Shown piece after piece: positions 18,829 through 29,216 of a stretch of DNA of 64,000 nt. Made by a program: the position numbers and the translations under genes. The notes under the pieces are model-generated. The model was not told where the DNA came from. It did no database searches and saw only the letters and a list, made by a program, of their open reading frames with translations. Position 1 is the first letter of the stretch. Each line of letters begins with the position of its first letter. The DNA is from Acidobacteriota bacterium. GTDB lineage: Bacteria > Acidobacteriota > UBA890 > WLXD01. The DNA is taken from contig CBDBHB010000008.1 of assembly GCA_965205505.1 (NCBI GenBank), forward strand, positions 800,001 through 864,000. The letters run 5' to 3'.

Positions 18829-20241
18829 GTGAAGGCAGCGGACGACAAAGGCACCGGAAGGTGGCGGCTCGTGGCGGTGCTGGCCGTCGGCACGGTCATC
18901 TGGGCGAGTCCGGTACCGGCGGCAGTGGACCCCCGAGCATGGCATCTGTTGGCGATCTTTCTTGCCACCATCTTCGCGGTGCTGATCGACGCGATGCCCG
19001 TTTTCACGGCGTCGGTGCTGGCGATCGCGATCACCGTTCTCAGCGGAACGCTGACGGCGGCGGAAGCCTACTCTGGGTTCTCGCAGAGTTTCCTGCTGCT
19101 GTTGACCATTGCGTTCCTGGTGGCTCAGGCAGTGGTCAACTCGGGCCTCGGCCAGCGCATCGCCTACCTGATCATCATCCGGTTGGGTCGATCGACGCTC
19201 GGACTTGCCTACAGCCTCATCATCACCGATTTCTTTATCGCCCCGGCGTTTCCTTCCAACACGGCGCGGTCCGGTGTGCTCTACCCGATCCACTATGCGC
19301 TCGCTCGACAGAGCGGCTCGCGACCCGAGGACGGCACCCAAGGCCACATGGGGAGTTTCCTCATGATGGCCGGCATGACGGGACTAACGGTTTCGTCGGC
19401 GATGTGGATGACGGCGATGGCGGCCAACCCTGCGGGTGCCGCCATCGCCACGCTAAGTGGCATCCCCGTGAGCTTCGGGTCCTGGGCGCTGGCGGCGTCA
19501 CTGCCGTCGCTAGCGGCGTTACTGATCGTGCCCTATTTGCTGTATCGAATCTTCCCACCGGGAGTGAGACATACTCCCGAAGCGCCGGCGGCGGCAGCCG
19601 AAGCGCTGCGCGCCATGGGCCCAGTATCGCGCCAGGAATGGATCACTGCGATGACTTTCGCCGGCATGATCACCGGCTGGGCTCTGTCGGCCTCGCTCGG
19701 TATCAACACCGCGGCCATCGCTTTCCTCGGGCTCGGCGTGCTCATGCTGGCGAACTTGTTCACGCTCGACGACCTCAAAGGGCGCGGCGACGCCCTCGGA
19801 ATCTACTTTTGGTTCGCCATTCTCTACACGCTGTCGACGCAGCTCAACGAGCTTGGCTTCATGTCGTTTGCTGCCGGCGGCATGGCCAGCCAACTCGAGG
19901 GCCTGCCATGGCCCCTGGTATACGTCGCGCTGGTCGTCATTTACGTGCTGATCCATTACCTGTTCGTGTCGCAGACGGCGCACATGCTGGCGCTGTACGG
20001 AGTCTTCCTGAACGTCGGCCTGCAGGCAGGTGTGCCCGGCCCTTTGCTCGCGTATATGCTGCTGTTCGCCACCAACTTTTTCGCGGCGATAACACCACAG
20101 GGCTCAAGCGCCAACGCCATCTTTCTGAGCAGCGGCTACATCGAGCCGCGCCAAGTGTATCACTATGGTGGGCTGGTGACGCTCTTCAACCTGATCATCT
20201 ACCTGGTGATCGGCACACCCTGGATCCTGTTGGTCACCTAG
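18829..20241 (+). CDS. DASS family anion/dicarboxylate transporter
   Basis: PSNTARSG, TAMAAN, HYLFVSQTAH; many TM helices. Confidence 0.92.
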   Translation: MKAADDKGTGRWRLVAVLAVGTVIWASPVPAAVDPRAWHLLAIFLATIFAVLIDAMPVFTASVLAIAITVLSGTLTAAEAYSGFSQSFLLLLTIAFLVAQAVVNSGLGQRIAYLIIIRLGRSTLGLAYSLIITDFFIAPAFPSNTARSGVLYPIHYALARQSGSRPEDGTQGHMGSFLMMAGMTGLTVSSAMWMTAMAANPAGAAIATLSGIPVSFGSWALAASLPSLAALLIVPYLLYRIFPPGVRHTPEAPAAAAEALRAMGPVSRQEWITAMTFAGMITGWALSASLGINTAAIAFLGLGVLMLANLFTLDDLKGRGDALGIYFWFAILYTLSTQLNELGFMSFAAGGMASQLEGLPWPLVYVALVVIYVLIHYLFVSQTAHMLALYGVFLNVGLQAGVPGPLLAYMLLFATNFFAAITPQGSSANAIFLSSGYIEPRQVYHYGGLVTLFNLIIYLVIGTPWILLVT

Positions 20242-20491
20242 AAGCGAGACACGGGCCGGCTTTCTTTCGACACGTCGCGCCATTACAGTCGATTTTCTCG
20301 TCGCAAATGAACCGGCAGGGATAGAACAACATGATCACCTCGAGCGCGTCAGGAAACGGCCCGCCGAGCGAGTCACCACGGCTGCACAACTTCAAGCACC
20401 TGCTGGAGAAGAACCTACAGATATCCTGTCGAGACGATTCGGGCGACGTGTTTCCGCCGCGACAGCGGCGTGCTTACGAGGCGAGACTACG

Positions 20492-21817
20492 ATGAGCGAA
20501 ACCGGGGCGGCAGTGATGGCAAGTACCTCCGCTGAGGCGCGCGATGCGCAGCACGACTACCTGTTCCCCTGCGTTTCGACCCTCTACACCGAGCCCCTGG
20601 TCATGGCCGAGGCGCAAGGCGTGTGGGTGAAGGATGTCGAAGGCGACGAGTACCTCGACATGTTCGCGGGCATCCTGACAACCTCGGTCGGGCACTGCCA
20701 TCCCGAGGTCACGGCCGCCACCAAGGCGCAGATCGACAAGCTCGGTCATACGTCGAGCCTCTACATCACCGAGCCGCAGATCGACGCCGCACGCCAGCTG
20801 GCGGAGATTGCGCCCGGCGCTCTCCGGAAGTCGTTCTTCACCAACAGCGGCACCGAGGCAATCGAGACCGCGATCATGCTGGCCTGCATGTACACCGGGC
20901 GCAGCGAGGTCATGGCGCTCCGGCTCGCCTACTCGGGCCGTAGCATTCTCGCCACCAACATCACCGGCCACGCGTCTTGGCGACCGCTGACCAGCTCGCT
21001 GCCGATCAAGCACGCGCTGGCGCCCTATCCGTACCGATGTCCGTTCAAGTCGCCCTGCGACGATAGCTGCGTCGATAAGTTCGCCAACGATCTCGAAGAG
21101 GCGATCGTCACCACGACCAGCGGCAAGCCGGCAGCGTTCATCGCCGAGACCATCCTCGGCCTTGGTGGCTACATCGTGCCACCGCCAGGCTACTTCCAGC
21201 GCGCGGCCGAGATTATCCGGTCGTACGGTGGGGTGTTTATCTGCGACGAGGTGCAAGCGGGATTCGGACGCACCGGCGACAAGTGGTTCGGGATCGAGCA
21301 CTGGGATGTCGAGCCCGACATCATGGTGATGGCCAAAGGCATCGCCAATGGACAGCCAGTCGGTGCCACGATCACGCGTGACGAGATCGCCGATGCCTGG
21401 ACCGCCAAGACCATCTCGACGTTCGGCGGCAACCCGGTGAGCATGGCCGCGATGGCGGCGACCCTCGATGTTCTGCGCCGCGAAGATGCGCCGGCGAACG
21501 CCGCGGCACGGGGACTCGAACTGCGCGCCGGCCTCGACGCGCTGGCCGAGCGCCATGAATGGATCGGCGAGGTTCGTGGCATGGGCCTGATGCAAGCACT
21601 CGAGCTAGTCGAGGACCGCGAGTCCAAGACCCCGAGTCCCGAAAAAGGCAAGGCACTGCTCGAGGCCGCCAGGGAGGAAGGACTGCTGATCGGGCTCGGC
21701 GGCCAGCACGGCCATGTCATCCGGTTCGGCCCCTCGTTGCTGCTCACCGAAGACGAGAACGCGGAAGCCCTACAACGGCTCGAGAAGGCCTGCAACCGCG
21801 TCAGCTCCGGGGTCTAG
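20492..21817 (+). CDS. Class III aminotransferase (alanine-glyoxylate/omega-amino acid type)
   Basis: FFTNSGTEA, DEVQAGFGRTG, MAKGIANG, STFGGNP. Confidence 0.93.
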   Translation: MSETGAAVMASTSAEARDAQHDYLFPCVSTLYTEPLVMAEAQGVWVKDVEGDEYLDMFAGILTTSVGHCHPEVTAATKAQIDKLGHTSSLYITEPQIDAARQLAEIAPGALRKSFFTNSGTEAIETAIMLACMYTGRSEVMALRLAYSGRSILATNITGHASWRPLTSSLPIKHALAPYPYRCPFKSPCDDSCVDKFANDLEEAIVTTTSGKPAAFIAETILGLGGYIVPPPGYFQRAAEIIRSYGGVFICDEVQAGFGRTGDKWFGIEHWDVEPDIMVMAKGIANGQPVGATITRDEIADAWTAKTISTFGGNPVSMAAMAATLDVLRREDAPANAAARGLELRAGLDALAERHEWIGEVRGMGLMQALELVEDRESKTPSPEKGKALLEAAREEGLLIGLGGQHGHVIRFGPSLLLTEDENAEALQRLEKACNRVSSGV

Positions 21818-21833
21818 ATCGTTGATCGCGGGG

Positions 21834-21965
21834 ATGCCCTGGAGCGCCTGGGTGCTGCTGATCGCAGCTGTGAGCACCGGGCTGACGATCGAGCTGGTGC
21901 ACTACTGTCGCGGGCGACGCCGCCAAGGCGTGCGAGACAACGACCGTACCGACGGGGGCAGCTGA
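21834..21965 (+). CDS. Small single-TM protein preceding the symporter
   Basis: MPWSAWVLLIAAVSTGLTIELVHY...; fills the gap and ends 1 nt before the symporter start. Confidence 0.55.
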   Translation: MPWSAWVLLIAAVSTGLTIELVHYCRGRRRQGVRDNDRTDGGS

Positions 21966-21966
21966 G

Positions 21967-23439
21967 TTGGCCTCCGCCACGATTGTCGCGGTCCTCGGCG
22001 TTTATCTGGTCGTCCTGCTCGCTCTCGGCTGGTGGGCCGGGCGTGAATCCGGCAGCGTGGCCGGATACTACGTTGCCGGCAAGCAGCTGCCTTCGTGGGT
22101 CATCGCCTTCAGCTCCAACAGCACCGGCGAGAGCGCCTGGCTGCTGCTCGGCCTCACCGGCATGGGCTACACCATCGGCATCCACGCTTTGTGGATCGTT
22201 TTCGGCGAGGTCCTCGGGGTGGCGCTCGTCTGGACGCTAGTGGCACAACCGTTCAAGGCCTGGACGGACCGCTACGACTCGATCACCGTACCCGACTATC
22301 TGGAGGCGCGGTTTCGCGACTCCAGCCACGTGATCCGCTGGCTCAGCCTGCTGATCATCATGAGCATGGTCACCGCGTATACCGCCGCTCAGCTCACCGC
22401 GGCGGGTAAGGCATTCGCCTCCTTTCTCGACATCAGCTACGTCGCCGGCGCCCTCATCGGAGCGGCGGTCATCCTCTACTACACGACCGTCGGCGGCTTC
22501 AAAGCGGTCGCCTACAGCGACCTGCTGCAGGGGATTTTGATGCTCGGCGGGTTGTTCGCACTGCCGTTCGTAGCGATGTCGGCCGCCGGCGGTTGGACCG
22601 CGACGATGGCGCAGCTCAACGCCACCGATCCGGCACTGTTGCGGCCGATGGGCAGCTACGGAATGAGTGTCGAGGGCTTCGTGTCGGTGATCGGCTTCAT
22701 CGGCATCGGTCTCGCCTTCCTCGGCGCGCCGCAGCTGCTCAGCCGGTTCATCGCTGCGCGCAGCCGGCGCGACATCCACGAAGGCGGTCTGATCGCCGTG
22801 CCTTGCATCATCCTCTTCGACCTGGGAGCCGTGTTCGGGGGCATGGCCGGCCGGGTGATCTTCCCGGTGCTCGATGATCCCGAGACCATCCTGCCGGTGA
22901 TGACGTCGGAGTTGCTGCCGGCGGTGTTCACCGGCATCTATCTGGTGATCGTGCTGGCGGCCATCATGTCTACTGCCGACTCGCTGCTGATCATGGCCTC
23001 GGCCACCGTCGTCCGCGACATCGTGCAGCGCATCTACCGGCCCGATGAGTCCGAGCGGCGGCTGGCGTTGTACGGCAAGGCCACGACGGCAGTGATCGGC
23101 ATCGTCGCGTTGCTATTTGCGCTCGGCGAGGTGCGGGTCATCTTCTGGTTCGTGCTGTTCGCGTGGTCGGGGCTCGCCTGTGCCTTCACTCCGGCGGTGC
23201 TGTGCTCGTTGTACTGGAAACGGACGACCCGCGCCGGTGCGATCGCCGGCATGATCGGCGGCTTCCTTACGGCCATCGTCTGGGTGCTAGCGTTCAAGCC
23301 CTATACATACGATCTCTACGAGCTGATCCCGGGCTTCATCGTCGGCTTCGCGCTCACCATCGGGGTCAGCCTGGCTACCGAGCCACCTGAGGGAGCCGCA
23401 GAGGAGTTTGACGCGGTCTGGAAGGAAGTAAACCAGTGA
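21967..23439 (+). CDS. putP: Sodium/proline symporter family (SSS) protein
   Basis: ESAWLLLGL.G, GGFKAVAYSD, AAIMSTADS, YELIPGF. Confidence 0.88.
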   Translation: MASATIVAVLGVYLVVLLALGWWAGRESGSVAGYYVAGKQLPSWVIAFSSNSTGESAWLLLGLTGMGYTIGIHALWIVFGEVLGVALVWTLVAQPFKAWTDRYDSITVPDYLEARFRDSSHVIRWLSLLIIMSMVTAYTAAQLTAAGKAFASFLDISYVAGALIGAAVILYYTTVGGFKAVAYSDLLQGILMLGGLFALPFVAMSAAGGWTATMAQLNATDPALLRPMGSYGMSVEGFVSVIGFIGIGLAFLGAPQLLSRFIAARSRRDIHEGGLIAVPCIILFDLGAVFGGMAGRVIFPVLDDPETILPVMTSELLPAVFTGIYLVIVLAAIMSTADSLLIMASATVVRDIVQRIYRPDESERRLALYGKATTAVIGIVALLFALGEVRVIFWFVLFAWSGLACAFTPAVLCSLYWKRTTRAGAIAGMIGGFLTAIVWVLAFKPYTYDLYELIPGFIVGFALTIGVSLATEPPEGAAEEFDAVWKEVNQ

Positions 23440-24659
23440 GCCCGCCTGCGTGCGCAGGCCGGGCCAGGTGCACCGTAATGATCATGGCGGTCGCCATCAG
23501 CGCGACGGCGACCACGCCTGACGTCGTCGCGTCGCCTCAGCAAGAGCCTCGCGCTCGAGATCTCGGCGTTCCGTTCTACGGCGAGCCGGGCCCGAGCAAC
23601 GCAATCACCGACGTCGGCGACGTCGAGGTGGGACACGTCACCCTGATCCGTGGTGACGGCCCCCTGTCGGTCGGCGAGGGACCGGTGCGGACGGGAGTCA
23701 CGGCAATCCGACCGCGTGGCCGACAGGGCGAGCCGGTGTTCGCCGGTTGGTACTCGCTCAATGGCAACGGCGAGATGACCGGAACGACTTGGATCGAGGA
23801 ATCCGGCGCCCTGGAAGGCCCGGTGATGATCACCAACACGCATAGCGTCGGCGTGGTGCGCGACGCGGTGATCGACTGGCTGGTACGCGCCGGCAACGGA
23901 CGCCAACCCTGGGCGCTGCCGGTAGTTGCCGAAACCTACGACGGCTTTCTCAACGACATCAACGGGTTTCATGTGCGCCGCGAGCACGTCTTTGAGGCGC
24001 TCGGCAACGCGCATGGTGGGGCCGTGTCCGAGGGCGCCGTGGGCGGCGGCACCGGAATGATCTGCCACGGCTTCAAGTGCGGCATCGGAACGTCCTCGCG
24101 CTCGGTGGAGATTCAAGGTCGGCGTTACATGCTCGGGGCGCTAGTGCAAGCAAACTACGGGGGCCGCGACGACCTGATGATCGCCGGCGCACCGATCGGC
24201 CGCGAGATCACCGACCTGCGACCGCGCGCCGGCGCCAGCAGCGCCGATGCCGAGGAGCTCGGCAACCCGGGCGACCGCGACTTCGGTTCGATCATCGTGG
24301 TGATCGCAACCGACGCACCGTTGCTTCCGTATCAGCTCAAGCGCATAGCGCGGCGAGTACCGCTCGGGATCGCCCGGATGGGCGGTATGGCGGGCAATGG
24401 CTCGGGAGACATCTTCGTCGCCTTCTCCACCGCCAACCGCAGCGCCGCCGGAAACAGCGACGCAAGTACTGTCGAGATGCTACCCAACGGGTGGCTGACG
24501 CCGTTGTTTCAGGCGACGGCCTACGCCGTGGAGGAAGCGATCACCAACGCACTCGTCGCCGGCACCACGATCGTCGGTCGCGACGGCAACACCGTCTACG
24601 CGCTTCCACACGATCGGCTGCGCGACGTGCTGCGGCGCTACAATCGCCTGCGCCGATAG
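23436..24659 (+). CDS. DmpA/P1 (S58) family aminopeptidase
   Basis: RARDLG, NAITDV, NGNGEMTG, GNGSGD autocleavage site. Confidence 0.92.
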   Translation: MSPPACAGRARCTVMIMAVAISATATTPDVVASPQQEPRARDLGVPFYGEPGPSNAITDVGDVEVGHVTLIRGDGPLSVGEGPVRTGVTAIRPRGRQGEPVFAGWYSLNGNGEMTGTTWIEESGALEGPVMITNTHSVGVVRDAVIDWLVRAGNGRQPWALPVVAETYDGFLNDINGFHVRREHVFEALGNAHGGAVSEGAVGGGTGMICHGFKCGIGTSSRSVEIQGRRYMLGALVQANYGGRDDLMIAGAPIGREITDLRPRAGASSADAEELGNPGDRDFGSIIVVIATDAPLLPYQLKRIARRVPLGIARMGGMAGNGSGDIFVAFSTANRSAAGNSDASTVEMLPNGWLTPLFQATAYAVEEAITNALVAGTTIVGRDGNTVYALPHDRLRDVLRRYNRLRR

Positions 24660-24717
24660 GCACACCTGATCGGGCTGATCGCGTCGACTGCTCGACTGGC
24701 TCAGAACGCTCGCAGAG

Positions 24718-25546
24718 TCAGGCCGCCCCGTGTGACTCGTGGAGCGTCTCGAGGGCCAACAGGGCGCCACGTTTGGCGCGCTTGACCATGTCGAGACTGG
24801 CCAACGCCAGCCGCCCGGCAGTGCTACAAGGAAGCAATACCTTGGCCACCGGGACCCGGTCGCGCCAGAGGAACCGATGAACGAGTTGGCGTTGGCGCCG
24901 CTGTCGGCAAACACTAGCTCGGGGTTCTCGAGGAAAAGCCGCACTTCCTGAACAGCGTTCAGCATTCCGGGCGAATACTCTTTGTAGGCAGGATCGAAGG
25001 CAACCTTGAAACCGAACAACGTCGCGCCCTCGACGAGGCTCGCGAGCACATGGCAGCGGCAACACCATCGAGCCGAACCTCGGTGTAGAAGAGGTCGGCG
25101 CGCTGGCCGAAGGCGCTCGTCAGCTCATCGAAGAACTTCACATCAGCGGCGCAGCAGGCGAGCGCCGAGCCACGCTCGCCCTTCCAGCCGGACGCCTCCA
25201 TCTGCATGAACCGCGACGCCCAATCGGACCCCGCGTCGAGAGATCGATGGTGCCGCACCTCGACCTCAGCGGCCCCGTTCAGTGCCCGCCATTGCCGCCG
25301 ATAGTTTTTGCGGCGTTTCGCCGACAACGACGCCAGATACTCATCGAACGACCCGCGCCGACGCAGCGCCGGACGCGAGAATCCATACCGAATCAGCGGC
25401 GTGACGCGGTGCGCCGATAGCACTCGACGCACGACATTCCAGATCGGCGAATCGACACCCATGAGCGGCAGCGCCACCAAGTCGATCGTCGGCGCCGCTT
25501 CTGCCATCCACTCCCAAATCGCGGTCATGGCCTCGGCAGCGGCCTG
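24718..25546 (-). pseudogene. GNAT acetyltransferase (CelD/BcsL-like), 5'-truncated and frameshifted near 25050
   Basis: SFDEYLASLSAKRRKNYRR, EASGWKG, then KVAFDPAYKEYSPG in another frame; coding sequence begins abruptly at the helicase stop. Confidence 0.75.
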
Positions 25547-27118
25547 CTAGCGTGACCGTCCACCTCGGCGCCGCGGCTTCCTCTTAGGACGCTCGCTACG
25601 ACGGGGTTCGTCGCCGGCCGTCGCGGGGTCCGGCGCGACCGGCTCACCGAGCGGTGCATGCAGACTCTCTTGGTAGTAGTCGTCCAGGAGCATAGCGATC
25701 ACCGAGACTTCATCGCGGCTTTCGCCCAGGCTACGGGCAAGCGGAACGAATCGCTGCATGCGCTCCGTTTGCAGGCTGCTGCGATCACGTAGCCGCGCCT
25801 CGAGCAAAGCGGTGACACGCTCGCCGACGATTCGCTCCACCTCTTCCTTGGTCGGTCCGGGTCGCTCCTGCAGGTCGATGCTGTAGGTACGCGCGATGTG
25901 GCGAAGATGGATTCCTTCGAGGCCGGACACCAACGTAAGCGCCTCCCCGGAGGCGCCCGCACGGCTCGTTCGTCCCACCCGGTGGATATAGCTCTCGGCG
26001 TCCCGGGGAGGGCCGTACTGGATCACGTGAGAGAGATCGTGGATATCGATTCCGCGCGCCGCAACATCGGTAGCAACGAGAAACCGCAACTTGCCGAGTC
26101 GAACGCGTTCGAGGACCTTTTCGCGTGCCGCCTGCGCCAGGTCCGAGCTGAGCTCGTCGGCATCGTACCCGAAGCGCTTCAGGACCAACGCCACATAGTG
26201 AACGTCGGCCTTCGTATTGCAAAATACGATCGCCGACGCAGGGTTCTCGATCTCGATGATCCGCATCAAGTAGCGGTCCTTGTCCATCGACGGCACGTCG
26301 TAGAACACGTGCTCGGTAGACGCCACATGCACGCGATCATGACTGAGGCTCAGGAACTCCGGGGTCTCGAGGAACTCGCTGGCGAGATTGCGTACATGCG
26401 GTGGGATCGTGGCAGAAAACATCGAGCCGCTTATGCGCCGTTTCGGCAGAAACGCCTGCAGCCGCTTCATGTCGGGATAGAACCCCATCGACAGCATGCG
26501 GTCGGCCTCGTCGAATACCAGGTTCTTCAGACCATCGAGCGACAGGTTGCGCTTGAGCAGGTGATCGAGCACCCGGCCGGGAGTGCCTACGACGAGGTGG
26601 GCGCCACGCTCGAAGGCCTCGAGCTGGGGTCCGTAGGCAACGCCGCCATATACCGCAGTCGGTAGCAGACCCGTCGAAGCACTGAGCTCCTGCGCGGCGG
26701 TCATCACCTGCTTGGCAAGCTCGCGCGTCGGCACGAGCACCAACGCCTGGCACCGCCGATCGTCGGGATCGAGGCGATCGATGATCGGCAGCAGAAAGGC
26801 ACCTGTCTTGCCGCTGCCGGTGCGCGACTGGATCATCAGGTCGCGTCCCGCCAGCATGTAAGGGATCGCCTTGGCCTGGACTGGCATGAGCGTGGACCAG
26901 CCGGCGCGCGCGGCGGCCTCCTGCAAGAGGCTCGGGAGATCGTCGAACATGATCTCAGGCAGCGCGTCGTCGGGTTCGACAACGTCCTCGTCCGGGTCGA
27001 CAACGCCGTCGGCTATCGCGGCGGTAGCATCGACCGCTCCGCCAGCCCGAGCCTTCAGCGCATCGTCCCGACGGCGACGCGACAGGCGTCGTGGGCTGGG
27101 ACGTTTCTGTCGTGCCAA
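25547..27118 (-). CDS. DEAD-box RNA helicase
   Basis: TGSGKT, PTRELA, DEAD, SAT, ARGID, HRVGRT; TTG start after GGAGG. Confidence 0.95.
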   Translation of the reverse strand: MARQKRPSPRRLSRRRRDDALKARAGGAVDATAAIADGVVDPDEDVVEPDDALPEIMFDDLPSLLQEAAARAGWSTLMPVQAKAIPYMLAGRDLMIQSRTGSGKTGAFLLPIIDRLDPDDRRCQALVLVPTRELAKQVMTAAQELSASTGLLPTAVYGGVAYGPQLEAFERGAHLVVGTPGRVLDHLLKRNLSLDGLKNLVFDEADRMLSMGFYPDMKRLQAFLPKRRISGSMFSATIPPHVRNLASEFLETPEFLSLSHDRVHVASTEHVFYDVPSMDKDRYLMRIIEIENPASAIVFCNTKADVHYVALVLKRFGYDADELSSDLAQAAREKVLERVRLGKLRFLVATDVAARGIDIHDLSHVIQYGPPRDAESYIHRVGRTSRAGASGEALTLVSGLEGIHLRHIARTYSIDLQERPGPTKEEVERIVGERVTALLEARLRDRSSLQTERMQRFVPLARSLGESRDEVSVIAMLLDDYYQESLHAPLGEPVAPDPATAGDEPRRSERPKRKPRRRGGRSR

Positions 27119-27288
27119 ACTCCCTCCCTGTTCTCTCCGCCCGTGGCGCCACGGCAACGAACGTGCGTTGCCAAACCGCATGATGTCACGGATGCGCAGA
27201 GGCCGCCCGATAAGCCCGGCCGATCACGACCACTGCCAGGACGACGGCGATCCCTGCTCGAGGGTCGGGTCAGCTAGCAGGCCTGGCC

Positions 27289-28308
27289 TCAGGCTTGGGC
27301 TCGCTTGTACCCTCTGAGATAGCCGAATCCCACCATCTGGCGGCGCTCTTCATCCCACAAGCGAAACCCCAACGACCGCAAGCTGGAAAGCAGACTGATC
27401 GACGGAATCGACGCCAGGCTCGGGTTTTCTTCGTGGCATCTTTGCAGGAAGTAGTTCGGAATCCGCGGGCAAAGATGGTGGATATGGTGGTAGCCGATGT
27501 TCCCCGAGAACCACTGCAGGATGCGCGGCAGCTTGTAGTACGAGCTGCCATGAAGCGCCGCAGGGTAGTAGTCCCACTGCTCGTGCCTCTCCCAGTAGAC
27601 CGACTCGAACTGGTGCTGCACGTAAAACAGCCACACGCCGACGGCTCCAGCAACGAGGCTGATGGGGAGCTGGATCATCAGATAGGGCTTCAGACCCATG
27701 GCTGTCACGAGACTGCCAACCAGCACCACTACGCCGAGATTCGTCCACCAAACGCTGGCTCGCTCGCGCCTGTGCTCGCTCCGGTAAGAGATCCTCTGGG
27801 CGACGGCGAACAGAACCATCGGGCCAACAAGGAACATCACCAGCGGATGTCGGTAGATCCGATACCGCAAGCGCGTCAGCAGCGGCGCTGCCAAGTACTC
27901 CTCTACCGTGAGGGTCCAGATCTCGCCGCCCGAGTCGCGCCGATCGAGGTCACCCGAGGTGGCGTGGTGCTTGGCGTGATCGTAGCGCCAGCGATAGTAG
28001 GGCGTGAACGTCATGACCCCGGTGATGTAGCCGATAGTGTCGTTGAGCCGCTTGGATTTGAAGAACGCGCCGTGGCCACAGTCGTGGAAGATGATGAAGA
28101 TGCGGATCATGAAGCCCGCGGCCAACGGCGTAAGCGCCAGCGTCAGCCAGTAGGACACCGCCAAGCTGCGATACATCAAGTACCAGAGCGCCACGTACGG
28201 AACGAGCGAGTTCACCAGTTGCCACGTGCTGCGAAGCGGCTCCGGGTTCTGGTACTTCACCGTCAACTGCTGCCACGTTTTGGCATCGGCAGACGTCGCT
28301 GGCCCCAT
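27289..28308 (-). CDS. Membrane fatty acid desaturase (Bacillus Des-like)
   Basis: His boxes HDCGH, HAKHH, HHIHH. Confidence 0.93.
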   Translation of the reverse strand: MGPATSADAKTWQQLTVKYQNPEPLRSTWQLVNSLVPYVALWYLMYRSLAVSYWLTLALTPLAAGFMIRIFIIFHDCGHGAFFKSKRLNDTIGYITGVMTFTPYYRWRYDHAKHHATSGDLDRRDSGGEIWTLTVEEYLAAPLLTRLRYRIYRHPLVMFLVGPMVLFAVAQRISYRSEHRRERASVWWTNLGVVVLVGSLVTAMGLKPYLMIQLPISLVAGAVGVWLFYVQHQFESVYWERHEQWDYYPAALHGSSYYKLPRILQWFSGNIGYHHIHHLCPRIPNYFLQRCHEENPSLASIPSISLLSSLRSLGFRLWDEERRQMVGFGYLRGYKRAQA

Positions 28309-28652
28309 CTATGCCCTCCATGCTGGTCAGAGACAACGCTCCCCCCAACGTCAACAACGGTTTGTAGCACTCTCGCTGCCCCGAGGGTAGCATTTGGCCC
28401 ACTCAGCAGCGCAGGCGCGTGGGTTCCCTGTTAGGCGCTGAGGGTGCCTGTGGGACCGGTTACTACAATCAGGCCGGCGGAGGCGCCCGCCGTGATGAGC
28501 AGTTGACGCAGCTCATTTAGCGCCGCGGTCAGCGCTTCGTATTGCGACGGGTCCACCGCCTTCCGCTCGTCCACTCACCTGACCCCGACTCGGCGATAGC
28601 GCGCGGCGCTCGAAAAACAACTCGCGGCCTGATAACCACGCCCCCGTCGGGG

Positions 28653-29216
28653 TCACGAATCAACCGCTTGCGGGTAGTCGATGCTGACGATCTCGAGGAC
28701 CGCATCGTCCCGCGGCAAGTGCGCCACCACCTCGTCTCCGGCGCGCGCCGAAAGCAGCGCCTTGGCCAGCGGCGATACCCAGCTGATACGACCTTCCGAC
28801 GGTTCAGCCTCGTCGACACCGACGATGGTGTACACACGCTCCTCGCCCTCCGAGTCCATCACGGTGACGGTGGCGCCGAAGCGCGCCCGGTCGCCATTCT
28901 GCTGCGCCGGATCGATCACCTCGAGGCCGGCTACCCGCTCGCCAAGCCAACGGATCTGTTCGTCGAGCTCGCGCAACCGATGCTGATCGGCGCGATGCTC
29001 GGCCTCCTCCTGTCGACCAGCCTCCACCCGACGCAACAACTCCGTAGCCAGCCGGGGGCGTTCCACGTCAGCCAGCATCGCGAGCTCCTGCCGTAGGCGA
29101 CGAGCACCCGATGGAGTGATGTAGTTCTTGACACCGGTGGGCAGCACGTTGCGAGGCCGAATCGAAACCTCGAGCCCAGGATCGAAGTCCGATTCCTTGG
29201 TGAACGCCTTGTTCAT
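28653..29216 (-). CDS. GreA/GreB family transcription elongation factor
   Basis: MNKAFTKE, NYITP.G, FGATV, IVGVDEA, ISWVSPLAKAL. Confidence 0.9.
   Translation of the reverse strand: MNKAFTKESDFDPGLEVSIRPRNVLPTGVKNYITPSGARRLRQELAMLADVERPRLATELLRRVEAGRQEEAEHRADQHRLRELDEQIRWLGERVAGLEVIDPAQQNGDRARFGATVTVMDSEGEERVYTIVGVDEAEPSEGRISWVSPLAKALLSARAGDEVVAHLPRDDAVLEIVSIDYPQAVDS

Noticed and set aside
17445-19034. Long antisense and alternative-frame ORFs (also 18861..20324, 20474..21595, 27295..28434, 54854..55999)
   Set aside because: Shadow ORFs of well-supported genes, expected in GC-rich DNA
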